Source of the DNA: Psychrobacter sp. HD31
GTDB taxonomy: Bacteria > Pseudomonadota > Gammaproteobacteria > Pseudomonadales > Moraxellaceae
Assembly: GCF_051097895.1 (NCBI RefSeq)
Contig: NZ_CP142525.1
Coordinates: forward strand, 1,830,001-1,862,000
DNA: 32,000 bases
Reading direction: 5' to 3'
Part shown: positions 1 through 9,570 of the stretch, piece by piece
Layout of the letters: every line of letters starts with the position of its first letter
How positions within the stretch are numbered: the first letter of the stretch is position 1
Notes under the pieces: generated by a model
What the model was told of the DNA's origin: nothing
The model's input: the letters and a program-made list of their open reading frames with translations, nothing else
Database searches by the model: none
Translations under genes and position numbers: made by a program

Positions 1-899
1 TTAAGGCAATTTTTGTGACGGATATGGTGCAAGGGTTGGTGTTGCTAGTGACGGTTTGGGCGATTGCGTTTTTTGCTATCTCGGCAAGTGGTGGTATGGG
101 CAATTTATTTGCGCAAGTTGCCACAATCGAACCTGCTTTGCTATCTGCACCTGGTCCTAAAGGTGTGCTTAATTGGCAGTTTTTATTAATAGGCTTTATT
201 TCTATTGTGCTTATGCCCTATGTGCAACCACAATTGTTTACACGAGTATTGGTTGCAAAAAGTGATAAAGCGTTTGCTCGCTCTACCATGGCGTTAGCTG
301 TGTTTGCAATTTTGGTCATTTTACCAACCTTGTTTATTGGGCTTAGGAGTGTGCTGGTTGCGCAAAATATGCCAGAAGGACATTTTTTGCTAAACTTAAT
401 TAGTAGCGATGCGCCCATGTTTTTTTATGCCCTGTTTATTGTGGGTGTTTTAGCTGCGGCAATGTCTACAGCAGATAGCCAATTAATGGCAATTGGTACG
501 GAGTGGAGCTCAGCAATGACAGAGCAAGACATCCAAAAGCATCCTTCAGCAAAAGTTTTGGTTAAAAGTATTGGTGCAGTGGTTGCTTTGGTGGCATTGG
601 CATTGGCTCAAACCTCGTTTAAGTCTTTAATACTGTTTTCAATTAACTCGTTTATTGGTACATCATTACTATTGCCGATTGTGTTGGCAACGGCCGTTCG
701 TTCTCAGGCGCACCGTTGGTTATTGATTATTTCATCGGTGGTTGCCGTGGCAATATTTTTACCAGTCGTACTGGGTATTTTACCTAAAATGATAATGGGG
801 CTACGTATTGAGCTAATTTTATATGCGGTACAAGGCTGTTTATTGGCTTGGGTTTGGTTGTCAAAAAAAAGTAGTGGAGAAACAAGCTATGTCGTTTGA
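1..899 (+). CDS. sodium:solute symporter (SSF) family transporter, C-terminal ~295 aa; the 5' end lies outside the window
   Basis: The frame is open from base 3 (KAIFVTDMVQG...), so the listed start at 15 is not the true start. The protein is a polytopic hydrophobic sequence with SSF-like segments (VTD..Q, AAAMSTADSQLMAIG). The TGA stop at 897-899 overlaps the next gene's ATG at 889. Confidence 0.8.
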   Translation, partial: KAIFVTDMVQGLVLLVTVWAIAFFAISASGGMGNLFAQVATIEPALLSAPGPKGVLNWQFLLIGFISIVLMPYVQPQLFTRVLVAKSDKAFARSTMALAVFAILVILPTLFIGLRSVLVAQNMPEGHFLLNLISSDAPMFFYALFIVGVLAAAMSTADSQLMAIGTEWSSAMTEQDIQKHPSAKVLVKSIGAVVALVALALAQTSFKSLILFSINSFIGTSLLLPIVLATAVRSQAHRWLLIISSVVAVAIFLPVVLGILPKMIMGLRIELILYAVQGCLLAWVWLSKKSSGETSYVV

Positions 900-2004
900 A
901 ATAAAAGAACAAGAGTTAAAACAACAAGGAAAGCTGAAACGATTAACAAACCGTACCTTTAAGTTTGATGAGCGTGTGGGTGAGGGTTGGTTTTCGGCGG
1001 TATATTTTTTAAAAACGGCTCGGCTGGCAAGTAAGCATGTTGCTGGGCAGCGTGTCACCATGCAGTTTTTTCAAAAAAAAGAGGCGGTACTTTGTGGCAC
1101 AGATGAGGCAATTGCTTTGGTGCATACCTTTGCTCAAGAGCCTGAATCATTGACCATTCATGCGCTGCACGATGGCGACCACATTGCCCCTTATGAAACC
1201 GTACTGATGATTGAAGGTGAGTATGACAAGTTTGGGTTTTTAGAGGGGCTGATTGATGGCATCCTTGCCAGACGGACTTCGGTGGCGACTAATGTTTACA
1301 ATGTTGTACAGGCAGCTGGTGAGAACCGTGTAATTTTTATGGGTGATCGAGATGATCACTTTAGCCAACAAGCTGGGGATGGTTATTCGGCATTTGTTGG
1401 TGGTTCAGTAGCACAGGCAACGCATGCAATGAATGATTGGTGGGGCGATGAAGGTATGGGCACGATGCCTCATGCGTTGATTCAGTTGTTTGGTGGTGAT
1501 TTGTTGGCAGCTTGCCATGCTTATCGTGAGGAGTTTCCAGAAGATAATTTGGTGGCTTTGGTTGATTATCATAATGATGTGGTGGCGGATTCATTGGCGG
1601 TGGCACGTGAATTTGGACGAGACTTGTTTGGCGTTCGTGTCGATACCTCACAGTTTATGGTTGACCAGTATTTTTTAGATAATCCTAATGAACTTGGTCG
1701 TTTTGATCCTCGTGGTGTCAACAAACGTTTGATTGAAGTATTGCGTGAGGCATTAGATGCCGAGGGATTTGACTTTGTGAAAATTATTGTAAGTGGCGGT
1801 TTTACTGCCGATAAAATCAATGATTTTGAGCAAAGTGGCACACCGGTTGATGCCTATGGTGTGGGGTCGTCTTTACTTAAAATAGGTATTGGTTTTTCTG
1901 GCGATTGTGTGCTAAAAAATGGTAAACCAGAAGCCAAAGTAGGGCGAAAATATAGCCCAAATGAGCGCTTGGAGTTGGTTGAGTTTGAGGAGAAAAAATC
2001 ATGA
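889..2004 (+). CDS. pncB: nicotinate phosphoribosyltransferase (short, archaeal-type NAPRTase / type II PRTase family)
   Basis: ATG 889 is preceded by GGAGA (876-880). The ORF-track start at 823 lies inside the upstream transporter gene. The 371-aa protein has GTMPHALIQ, VRVDTS and IIVSGG motifs typical of the NAPRTase/QPRTase superfamily. It overlaps nadE in an ATGA arrangement. Confidence 0.8.
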   Translation: MSFEIKEQELKQQGKLKRLTNRTFKFDERVGEGWFSAVYFLKTARLASKHVAGQRVTMQFFQKKEAVLCGTDEAIALVHTFAQEPESLTIHALHDGDHIAPYETVLMIEGEYDKFGFLEGLIDGILARRTSVATNVYNVVQAAGENRVIFMGDRDDHFSQQAGDGYSAFVGGSVAQATHAMNDWWGDEGMGTMPHALIQLFGGDLLAACHAYREEFPEDNLVALVDYHNDVVADSLAVAREFGRDLFGVRVDTSQFMVDQYFLDNPNELGRFDPRGVNKRLIEVLREALDAEGFDFVKIIVSGGFTADKINDFEQSGTPVDAYGVGSSLLKIGIGFSGDCVLKNGKPEAKVGRKYSPNERLELVEFEEKKS

Positions 2005-2759
2005 ACATAGAAAAATATAGTGACTATTTGGTTAGCTGGCTAGAAGACCAACGTAAAGATTTATATGGTATGGAAGGATATGTCATTGGTGTTAGTGGTG
2101 GTATTGACTCGGCAGTGGTGGCACATTTATTGGCAAAAACTGGCGCTCCCGTGCATGGGGTGATTTTACCTAGTGCAACTACCTCTGAAAACGACATCAT
2201 GCACGCAAAGCTGGTGGCAGAAAGTGCGGGCATTGAGTATACCTTAGCACCAATTTCACCAACTTATGATGCTTTTATAGAAACGATGCAACCGCTTTTT
2301 AATAACGAAGCAGAGCGACAAAATGTGATTGCGGGTAATGTGCAGGCACGCATGCGAATGATTGCCCTCTATGCCTATGCCCAAAGCCATAAAGCGGTGG
2401 TTGTAGGCACAGACAACATGGCAGAGTGGCACATGGGGTATTTCACCAAGTTTGGTGATGGCGGTGTGGATGTGGTGCCTTTAGTGCATTTAACCAAAGG
2501 GCAAGTTTATGAGATGGCAAAGCATTTGGGTGTGCCACAGGTGGTATTGGATAAAGCACCAAGCGCAGGATTGTGGATTGGGCAAACTGATGAAGATGAA
2601 ATGGGCGTAAGTTATGCCGAAATTGATGCCTATTTAGAAAGTGGTTTAAATAGTGAATCGGTTAATGAAGCAGCCATGGAACGCATCAATTTTTGGCATA
2701 ATCGCTCTCATCATAAGCGAATGCTAGCACCTGCGCCAAAGGCAATGAATGAGCTGTAA
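2001..2759 (+). CDS. nadE: NH3-dependent NAD+ synthetase
   Basis: The 252-aa protein has the PP-loop motif GVSGGIDSAV and conserved GTDN..E...GYFTK.GDGG and LAP segments. The start overlaps the pncB stop (ATGA at 2001-2004). Confidence 0.92.
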   Translation: MNIEKYSDYLVSWLEDQRKDLYGMEGYVIGVSGGIDSAVVAHLLAKTGAPVHGVILPSATTSENDIMHAKLVAESAGIEYTLAPISPTYDAFIETMQPLFNNEAERQNVIAGNVQARMRMIALYAYAQSHKAVVVGTDNMAEWHMGYFTKFGDGGVDVVPLVHLTKGQVYEMAKHLGVPQVVLDKAPSAGLWIGQTDEDEMGVSYAEIDAYLESGLNSESVNEAAMERINFWHNRSHHKRMLAPAPKAMNEL

Positions 2760-2815
2760 TAGTTAAGATGCCTATTAAAAATAATGGCAATGCAAAAACA
2801 GCCATTTAATAAACT

Positions 2816-2855
2816 AAAAATAAGCCCTGATTGAGATTCAGGGCTTATTTGGTTT
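2816..2855. terminator. Rho-independent terminator, bidirectional, between convergent nadE and the rhomboid gene
   Basis: A 9-bp stem AAGCCCTGA (2822-2830) / TCAGGGCTT (2838-2846) with a 7-nt loop. It is flanked by an A-run upstream and ATTTGGTTT downstream. Confidence 0.75.
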
Positions 2856-2930
2856 GGCGACTTTTATAAATAATAAAACTTGTATTTATTTAGTCCTTTA
2901 GCTATTAATCGAGGGCTGATATGTCACAAA

Positions 2931-3533
2931 TTAAAAACTTGGATTTAAAAGGGCGCTGATAAAATGCGGTATGATGTTTGGTTCAATGGCAATGGTCGCC
3001 ACAATACCAAATGCTGCGCCCCATAAGTGAGCAGAGTGATTGATGTTTGAGCCACCTTTTTTACCTGCATAAATGCTATAGGCAACATACAAAACAGCAA
3101 AAATAATGGCTGGCATTGGCACAAAAAATATTAACAAGGTGCTCCAAGGTGCCATTAAAATGTAAGAAAACAAAACAGCAGAAACGCCGCCAGATGCGCC
3201 TAAACTACGGTAGCGATGGCGGTTTTTGTTATTAATGTAAGTGGGGATAATGGCAGCAATGATGGCAAAAAGGTAAAAGACAATAAAGCCAAAACCATTA
3301 ACATAGTGATTAAAAAATGGTTCTACTGACCGACCAAAAAAATACATGGTGAACATATTAAACAATAAATGTTGACCATCGGCATGGATAAATCCGTGGG
3401 TGATAAAACGATGCAATCCCCCTTGTCCAACCTTTGAAGGTTGAAAAATCAGCTGATTGAACAAAGTGCTATTTTGCCATGCAAGCATACTAATGATGAC
3501 GGTTATGGCAATGATTATGGTAGTGTGGTTCAT
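2931..3533 (-). CDS. rhomboid family intramembrane serine protease
   Basis: The 200-aa protein is predicted to have 6 TM helices. It carries rhomboid signatures HGFIHADGQHLLFNM, the catalytic GASGGVSAV (GxSG), and a downstream HLWGAAFG histidine. Confidence 0.88.
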   Translation of the reverse strand: MNHTTIIIAITVIISMLAWQNSTLFNQLIFQPSKVGQGGLHRFITHGFIHADGQHLLFNMFTMYFFGRSVEPFFNHYVNGFGFIVFYLFAIIAAIIPTYINNKNRHRYRSLGASGGVSAVLFSYILMAPWSTLLIFFVPMPAIIFAVLYVAYSIYAGKKGGSNINHSAHLWGAAFGIVATIAIEPNIIPHFISALLNPSF

Positions 3534-3795
3534 ACACCCTCTAATTTAAAATATAAAGTAAGTTCATTGAGTTATTGTTAAATATGCGTTGTTTTAACTA
3601 ATTTTACAATACTAATAACAATATTATGACGATTTTGTTACGTTAATATAACGAAATATATCAACATGGCGGCTGTTTTTAGGTAAACTAAAGGTAATCG
3701 AGCGACTACTTACCATTGTTTATGTTAAGCTTATCAATATGGAAATAGTCATTCTTAAGTTTTTATAAATTTAATTAATACAGGGAGTACTCTTT

Positions 3796-5478
3796 ATGAA
3801 TATCAATATTGTAGAACAGTTAGCAACTACGATTGCACCAAAAATTTTAGGTGTTAATGCTGACCGTAGTGAATCTTCATTACTTAACCAACTTATTGCC
3901 ATTGTTTTAGGTCGTTTTACAGACGATAGCGTTTTTTCAACCGTATTAGAAGGTTATAACAAAATTACTAGCAACGGTAGTATCAACCTTGATGACATTG
4001 GTATGGATTCATTAAGTTCTTTGGCATCATTGGTGTGGAGCGATAAAGCACAATCAATAGATGTTTTGCAAAACTTAGTATCAAACCACGGTGTGGGAGA
4101 AAGCAAAGTTAAGGGCATCATGGTTTCTGCATTGCCACTAATCTTATCTCAGGTAAAAGGCCTAGCAGGGGATACGCCAGTACCACAGTTTTTACGTGAT
4201 CAGCCAAAAGAAGATGATAAGTCATTTTTGAGTTTTATTCCTGATTGGGCAACTGGCTTATTGCCAGCAGGTTTATTAGGCGCAGCAAGTATTGCCGCTG
4301 TAGCACCCAAAAAAGAAGCAAAGGTTGAAGAAGATATTCAACCAGCTTATGTTAATGATACAAAAGCAACCACAACACCTACTACAACCACTCAAAACAA
4401 TAGCAATGATAACGGTGGTGGGTTCTTAAGAGGTTTGTTACCACTTTTAGGCTTATTAATCCTTGCTGTTTTGGCAATGGCAATGTTAAAGGCTTGTCCA
4501 TCAGAACAAGCAACGGCACCAGCAGCTGAAGAATCTGCCGAAGTTGCAGAAGAGCTTGCCCCATCAACCTTAAATGTAGCCGTAGATCAAGACGGCGTTG
4601 CTTCAGTAAATGCAGCAGCAGGGACACAAGAAGTGGCGGATACCATCAAATCATCACTTGTTAATGTATTTGGTGATGATGTTGCAAATGCTGCAACTAT
4701 CAGTGTGTCAGACAAACTGGCTGCTAACTTACCAGTGGCAGAAAAACTAGGCGATGTACTTAATGTCGTTAAAGGCGTGCCTGGCTCAGTTGCAAGTATT
4801 GTTGGTCAAACTGTTAAAGTAAATGCGCCAGATACAGGTGCTCGTGATAAGTTAGTGACAGACCTAAAAGGTTTGTTACCTGACTTTACGGTAGAAGGCG
4901 ATGCCGGCTTAGACTTTAGTACATTAATTGGTACTGGCGCGACAATGGTTGATGACGTTAAAGACGGCGCTATGGATGTGGTAGGTGCAGTTGATGACAG
5001 CATTACAGCAGCACAAGATGCGCTTAATGGTTTAACTGATAATCTAACTGGTGAAGACTTTGCAAATGCATTGAATTTACAAATCATTAACTTTGCAACT
5101 GATGGCAACGCAATCCCTGAAAAAAACCAAGCTATTTTAAACAAAGCAGCAGAAGTAATGGGCAAAATGCCAGAAGCACAGTTAAAAGTTATTGGTCATA
5201 CCGATGATCAAGGTGATGACGCATACAACCAACAACTGTCTGAAAAACGTGCGAATGCAGTTAAAGCTTATTTAGTAGAGCAAGGCGTTGCTGCTGAGCG
5301 TATTATGGTAGAAGGCGCGGGCGAAGCAACCCCAATCGCTGATAATGCAACCGAAGAAGGTCGTTTCCAAAACCGTCGTATTGAGTTTCAGGTAATTGAA
5401 GATGGTAAAGAAGTTGCATCTGCCGGTAATGCTGAAGAGAAAACCACTGAAGCAACCGTTGAAACTGAGTCTAAGTAA
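3796..5478 (+). CDS. OmpA family protein (N-terminal soluble domain, single TM helix, C-terminal OmpA-like peptidoglycan-binding domain)
   Basis: An AGGGAG SD precedes ATG 3796. The C-terminus has the OmpA_C pattern (NFATDGNAI...LKVIGHTDDQGDDAYNQQLSEKRANAVKAYL...GRFQNRRIEF). A central hydrophobic helix LLPLLGLLILAVLAMAML is present and there is no N-terminal signal peptide. Confidence 0.85.
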   Translation: MNINIVEQLATTIAPKILGVNADRSESSLLNQLIAIVLGRFTDDSVFSTVLEGYNKITSNGSINLDDIGMDSLSSLASLVWSDKAQSIDVLQNLVSNHGVGESKVKGIMVSALPLILSQVKGLAGDTPVPQFLRDQPKEDDKSFLSFIPDWATGLLPAGLLGAASIAAVAPKKEAKVEEDIQPAYVNDTKATTTPTTTTQNNSNDNGGGFLRGLLPLLGLLILAVLAMAMLKACPSEQATAPAAEESAEVAEELAPSTLNVAVDQDGVASVNAAAGTQEVADTIKSSLVNVFGDDVANAATISVSDKLAANLPVAEKLGDVLNVVKGVPGSVASIVGQTVKVNAPDTGARDKLVTDLKGLLPDFTVEGDAGLDFSTLIGTGATMVDDVKDGAMDVVGAVDDSITAAQDALNGLTDNLTGEDFANALNLQIINFATDGNAIPEKNQAILNKAAEVMGKMPEAQLKVIGHTDDQGDDAYNQQLSEKRANAVKAYLVEQGVAAERIMVEGAGEATPIADNATEEGRFQNRRIEFQVIEDGKEVASAGNAEEKTTEATVETESK

Positions 5479-5550
5479 CTAAGGTTAAATAACTTAATTT
5501 AAAGAGCGGAATCTAAGTAATTAGACGCTAATCTGTTTAATCATAATCTA

Positions 5551-5587
5551 AAAAAGCGCTGGGCATTGGTTCAGCGCTTTTTGTTTT
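5551..5587 (+). terminator. Rho-independent terminator after the OmpA-family gene
   Basis: The stem is AAAAAGCGCTG (5551-5561) / CAGCGCTTTTT (5572-5582), followed by a T-rich tail. Confidence 0.75.
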
Positions 5588-5660
5588 CTTTACTAACTGG
5601 TAAATGAACCAGTGTTGACTATCTTTCGAATAAGTTTAAAGAAAGGCTGTAAAAACAAGC

Positions 5661-5686
5661 AAAAAACCGCCCAAATTAGGCGGCTT
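5661..5686 (-). terminator. probable Rho-independent terminator of nagZ
   Basis: On the minus strand a short GC stem (CCGCC/GGCGG) is followed by T6 (plus-strand A6 at 5661-5666), 25 nt after the nagZ stop. The stem is short. Confidence 0.45.
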
Positions 5687-5710
5687 ATGGCTTGATATTA
5701 TAGCGCATTA

Positions 5711-6730
5711 TTAACTTAAAAATTCATTAACAGCTATTTTGGCTTCTTGCCACTTAGTAAACTGTTGGCATGTTGATTCAAGGGTACCTTGCCAAGTAGG
5801 AATCGATGCTTTCATATTTGCCATACGTTGTTGGTTTGGCAAGGGTAATGTTTGAGCTGTTTGCAATGCTTGTAGAGCCGCTGTTCTATCATTACACACT
5901 AAAGCCATGTCGCAACCAGCATTAATGGCGGCTTTAACTCGCTCACCAGCACCGCCGGCAACATGTGCCGCCTGCATCGATAAATCATCTGAAAACAACA
6001 CACCATTAAATCCAATTTTTTTGCGGATGATTTCTTGTAGCCATTTTTGAGAGAATCCAGCGGGCTTGTCATCTACTTTAGAAAAAACAACATGGGCAGG
6101 CATCAGCGCATCTAACCAAGGTAGCGTTTGAACAAAGGTTTGCATATCATATTGTTCGATTTCGGCAAACTCACGCTCATCTATTGCTTGGGCAATGTGT
6201 GAGTCTGGGGCAACTGAACCATGCCCAGGGAAGTGTTTGCCTGTGGTTGCCATACCAGCAGCTTTCATACCACGCATAAACTGGGTAGACAGGGCAACCA
6301 CACCTTCTGGGTTTGTATGAAAGCCCCGGTCGCCAATCACTTGGCTAATGCCGTTAACATCCAGCACTGGCGCAAAGCTTAAATCAATGCCGACTGCCAA
6401 AACTTCGGCTGCCATTAAATAACCACAGTAAAAACTCAGTTTTAATGCTTGCGTTGGGTTTTGCTCAAATAGCTCACCCAGCTTGCCCATGGCAGGGAGG
6501 GGTGTAAAACCCTGACGTAAGCGAGCGACCCGCCCACCTTCTTGATCAACACCGATGATGATGTGTGGGTTAATACTGCGGATTTGATTACAAAGTGAGC
6601 GAACCTGATCTGGGTTATCCACATTGCGAGCAAATAAAATCAAACCACCAACTTGAGTTTGTTTTAATAACTCAATATCAGCCTCATTAAGTTGAGTGCC
6701 TTCTACATCAACCATCAACAAACCGTACAT
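5711..6730 (-). CDS. nagZ: beta-N-acetylhexosaminidase (GH3), peptidoglycan recycling
   Basis: The 339-aa protein has GH3 motifs VDQEGGRV, KHFPGHG and FSDDLSM, and the typical NagZ length. Confidence 0.92.
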   Translation of the reverse strand: MYGLLMVDVEGTQLNEADIELLKQTQVGGLILFARNVDNPDQVRSLCNQIRSINPHIIIGVDQEGGRVARLRQGFTPLPAMGKLGELFEQNPTQALKLSFYCGYLMAAEVLAVGIDLSFAPVLDVNGISQVIGDRGFHTNPEGVVALSTQFMRGMKAAGMATTGKHFPGHGSVAPDSHIAQAIDEREFAEIEQYDMQTFVQTLPWLDALMPAHVVFSKVDDKPAGFSQKWLQEIIRKKIGFNGVLFSDDLSMQAAHVAGGAGERVKAAINAGCDMALVCNDRTAALQALQTAQTLPLPNQQRMANMKASIPTWQGTLESTCQQFTKWQEAKIAVNEFLS

Positions 6731-6991
6731 ATTAACCTCTAAAAAATTTTGATTACTGCTATTGTGTTTGTGGTCACTTACTAATTTAGCTATTAGATTT
6801 CGTGTTGCGCCACTTATGTAAATAAAATATCAAATATTATGCCACATAAGCCAGCTGTATATACAGTTAAGTAAGTTTTCTTACGGTAAAAATACATAAT
6901 AGGCAAGACAAGTAACTAACCACATGCTAGTATTTGATAATCATTTTTGTATACCCATCTATATATAAAGCATAAACTTCAGGGAAATAAT

Positions 6992-9181
6992 ATGAAAAAT
7001 CAAAAATCACAGTGGGCGTTGAGCGCTCTTTTTGTTGGGGTTACTGGCTTACTTTTATCTCAAAGTTATAACACGGCGCTTGCTCAAACCACAACGCAGG
7101 CGCAGCCAGCGGTAACAACTGACTTTATGGCAACCCCTGCGCAAAAGTTAACAACTCGTCAAATTGCCGCTTTGTTAGATAGGGCGCATTACCTAAGCCA
7201 GCCACTTAATGAAGAAATGGGGCGCAAGATCCTCGATATGTACTTTTATCGTTTGGATTCAAATCGTACTTTATTTTTGCAGTCAGATATTGATGAGTTT
7301 ACGGCTAAATATGGTGCAAGTTTTGCCAACCGCCTCAAACGAGGGAATTTAACCGCAGGTGCAGAGATTTTTGAGCGTTATCGTCAGCGTGCGAATGAAT
7401 ATCATGATTTTGCCAATCAATTTTTAGCAAATGAGGTGAACTTAACCACAAATGAAACCGTGGTCATTGATAGAGAAGACGAAGCCAGATTTACCACAAA
7501 GGCTGAACAAGAAGACTATTGGCGACGCAAACTAACCTATCAATTGATTGGTTTAACTTTAGCACAAGAAGATGAAAAGGCAAAAGAGCAGGTATTTCTT
7601 GAAAACCCTGATATTACTCGTGGGCAGGATTTGATTCGTGATGATCAACGTACACCTGCTCAGATTTTGTTAAAACGTTTGGCACGCAAACAAGGGCAAA
7701 TGAATCGCATTAAAGATGATGAGATTATGGAAACCTTGTTAAACACGGCGACTTTAACTTATGATCCTCACAGCAATTATTATGCCCCCGTGCAGGCAAC
7801 TGAGATAAAAATTCAATCAAGCTTGCAGCTAGAAGGCATTGGTGTTTCTATCCGTCCAGACCGAAAAAATCAAGACTACACGCGTATTGTCACATTGGTA
7901 GATGGCGGTCCAGCAGCGCAGTCTGGTCAAATTAAACCCAATGACCTGATTATTGGCGTGGCAAAAGACGGCAAAGAAATGCAAGACGTGATTGGTTGGA
8001 GCACACGAGAAATTGTTGGGTTGATTCGTGGTAAGCGTGGTACTGAAGTTGTACTTAAAGTAAAACAACCAAATACACCCGACTCGGCTGCTCGTACGGT
8101 GTCGATTGTACGAGATGTCATTAAACAAGAAGAATCGGGCGTACAGCATAGAGTGATTGATGTTGAACACAATGGCAGCAACAAACGTATTGGTGTGTTA
8201 GAGATTCCAAGTTTTTATCTCAATTACTTAGCTCGCAGAAGTGGGCAAGAATACCGCAGTGTGAGTGAAGATACCCAAAAAGCAATTAATGCCCTTCAAG
8301 CGCAAAATATTGATGGCATGGTTGTTGACTTACGTAATGACCCAGGTGGCTCATTAACCGAAGTGGTTAAAATGCTGGGTATGTTTATTAAAGATGGTCC
8401 TATGGTGCAAATTCGTGATGGTCGTGGTCATGTCGATGTTTATCAAGATCCAGATGATGGTGAGCAAATTTATGCAGGCGATATGGTGGTTATTACTAAC
8501 CTTGCATCTGCCTCAGCAAGTGAGATTTTTGCTGCTGCGATTCAGGATTATGGTCGAGGCTTGGTAGTGGGGAGTACCACAACGGGTAAAGGTTCGGCAC
8601 AAATTCAGTTAGATAATTTGGCATTAGGCTCGGCAACACTCACTCAGCGCAAGTTTTATCGTGTTAATGGTGGTAGCACACAAAACAAAGGCGTTGTGCC
8701 AGATGTTAAGCTGGTTAATATCTATGATGAAGAAATTTTTGGTGAACGTGCTACAAAAAACCCACTAGCGTGGGATACCATCGAGTCTGCCGATTATACA
8801 CCAGCGGGTAAGTTTACGGCAGATACGCTAAAAACATTAAATGAGCAATCACAAATTCGTCAAACGCTTGACCCTCAATTTGTCTATTTATCTACTCTAA
8901 ATAGCATTAGAGAAATGGATGATGATAAAAAAGCCGTTATGATTAATATTGATGACAGACGTGCCCATAATCAGGAAGTAGAACAAAAAACGCTTGAAGC
9001 AGAAAACAAACGACGCATTGCCACGGGTAAACAACCTTATGCAGATTGGCATACTTATCAAGCGGCGATAGATGCTTTGTTTGAAGAGCGTAGTAAAATG
9101 AAAGAACACGAGCGTCCAGAGTTGCCAGAAAGTGAGGCATTTGTGCTTGAAGCAGCACAGCTGATGTTAGATGCCAAATAA
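6992..9181 (+). CDS. prc: carboxy-terminal processing (tail-specific) protease, S41 family
   Basis: ATG 6992 is preceded by AGGGA (6981-6985) and yields a signal-peptide-like N-terminus (MKNQKSQWALSALFVGVTGLLLSQS..ALA). The TTG at 6947 would add 15 aa with no SD. The 729-aa protein has a PDZ region and S41 motifs (DLRNDPGGSL, ASASASEIFA, GKGS). Confidence 0.9.
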   Translation: MKNQKSQWALSALFVGVTGLLLSQSYNTALAQTTTQAQPAVTTDFMATPAQKLTTRQIAALLDRAHYLSQPLNEEMGRKILDMYFYRLDSNRTLFLQSDIDEFTAKYGASFANRLKRGNLTAGAEIFERYRQRANEYHDFANQFLANEVNLTTNETVVIDREDEARFTTKAEQEDYWRRKLTYQLIGLTLAQEDEKAKEQVFLENPDITRGQDLIRDDQRTPAQILLKRLARKQGQMNRIKDDEIMETLLNTATLTYDPHSNYYAPVQATEIKIQSSLQLEGIGVSIRPDRKNQDYTRIVTLVDGGPAAQSGQIKPNDLIIGVAKDGKEMQDVIGWSTREIVGLIRGKRGTEVVLKVKQPNTPDSAARTVSIVRDVIKQEESGVQHRVIDVEHNGSNKRIGVLEIPSFYLNYLARRSGQEYRSVSEDTQKAINALQAQNIDGMVVDLRNDPGGSLTEVVKMLGMFIKDGPMVQIRDGRGHVDVYQDPDDGEQIYAGDMVVITNLASASASEIFAAAIQDYGRGLVVGSTTTGKGSAQIQLDNLALGSATLTQRKFYRVNGGSTQNKGVVPDVKLVNIYDEEIFGERATKNPLAWDTIESADYTPAGKFTADTLKTLNEQSQIRQTLDPQFVYLSTLNSIREMDDDKKAVMINIDDRRAHNQEVEQKTLEAENKRRIATGKQPYADWHTYQAAIDALFEERSKMKEHERPELPESEAFVLEAAQLMLDAK

Positions 9182-9496
9182 GCTTGCTTGGAGCGTCATT
9201 TTACTGAAATAAAATCTTTTAGCTTAAGACTTCAAAGCAAACGCACTAAGGCACTTGTATTGTGATTTGGCTTTTGTGTAAGTATATGCTTACACACCTT
9301 GGTGGTTTTATCCTCTTTTTATCCATTGGTTTTTTTGCGATTATATACTCAAGGCAAAGGGATACACTCAATGGATTGAGATAAGGATGATGTTTGCCGA
9401 TGAGTATGGATGCTCAAAAGTATCACTGGCAAGAAGCCTAGCTTTGTATTAGTTCATGGATTGAATTAATCGTATAAACAAGGATTGTTTGTAATA

Positions 9497-9530
9497 AAAC
9501 CGTATAGCATTATGTTATACGGTTTTGTTA
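9497..9530. terminator. strong hairpin terminator, U-runs on both strands, 316 nt downstream of prc
   Basis: The stem is AAACCGTATA (9497-9506) / TATACGGTTT with a 9-nt loop. TTTTGTTATTT follows on the plus strand and TTTTATTAC on the minus strand. Confidence 0.7.
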
Positions 9531-9570
9531 TTTCTATAAGCTGGTTGTTGTATGTATTCAATGAAAAAAT

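Noticed and set aside
823-888. Longer N-terminal extensions offered by the ORF track: pncB from 823, prc from TTG 6947, slyD from 10243 and tsaD from GTG 21529.
   Set aside because: Downstream ATG codons have better SD sequences and give canonical N-termini ([14 protein letters not shown] for TsaD, a signal peptide for Prc, MTTIAKDSAAFFSY for SlyD). The extensions overlap upstream genes or are AT-rich low-complexity sequence.
6853-6868. The palindrome AGCTGTATATACAGTT (core CTGTATATACAG, 6855-6866) in the nagZ/prc divergent region, which resembles a LexA SOS box.
   Set aside because: The classical gammaproteobacterial SOS box is CTG-N10-CAG. Here the spacing is CTG-N6-CAG, so it does not fit. 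Neither flanking gene is an SOS function, and a 12-bp AT-rich palindrome can arise by chance.
218-9158. Antisense or embedded ORFs from the six-frame track, such as 218-418, 861-1061, 1361-1651, 1490-1678, 1569-1841, 2024-2233, 4382-4627, 4806-5165, 6442-6633, 7829-8170, 7927-8184, 8897-9109 and 8943-9158.
   Set aside because: Each lies wholly inside, and mostly antisense to, a gene with strong family-level motif support. Their sequences are low-complexity or odd in composition (His/Pro/Leu-rich) and lack SD sequences. They are shadow ORFs.
9386-9451. A 21-codon ORF (MMFADEYGCSKVSLARSLALY) in the prc-slyD intergenic region, preceded by AAGGA.
   Set aside because: The SD-to-start spacing is only 0-3 nt. 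The ORF is very short with no recognisable features, and there is no independent support. The region is better treated as a possible non-coding RNA.
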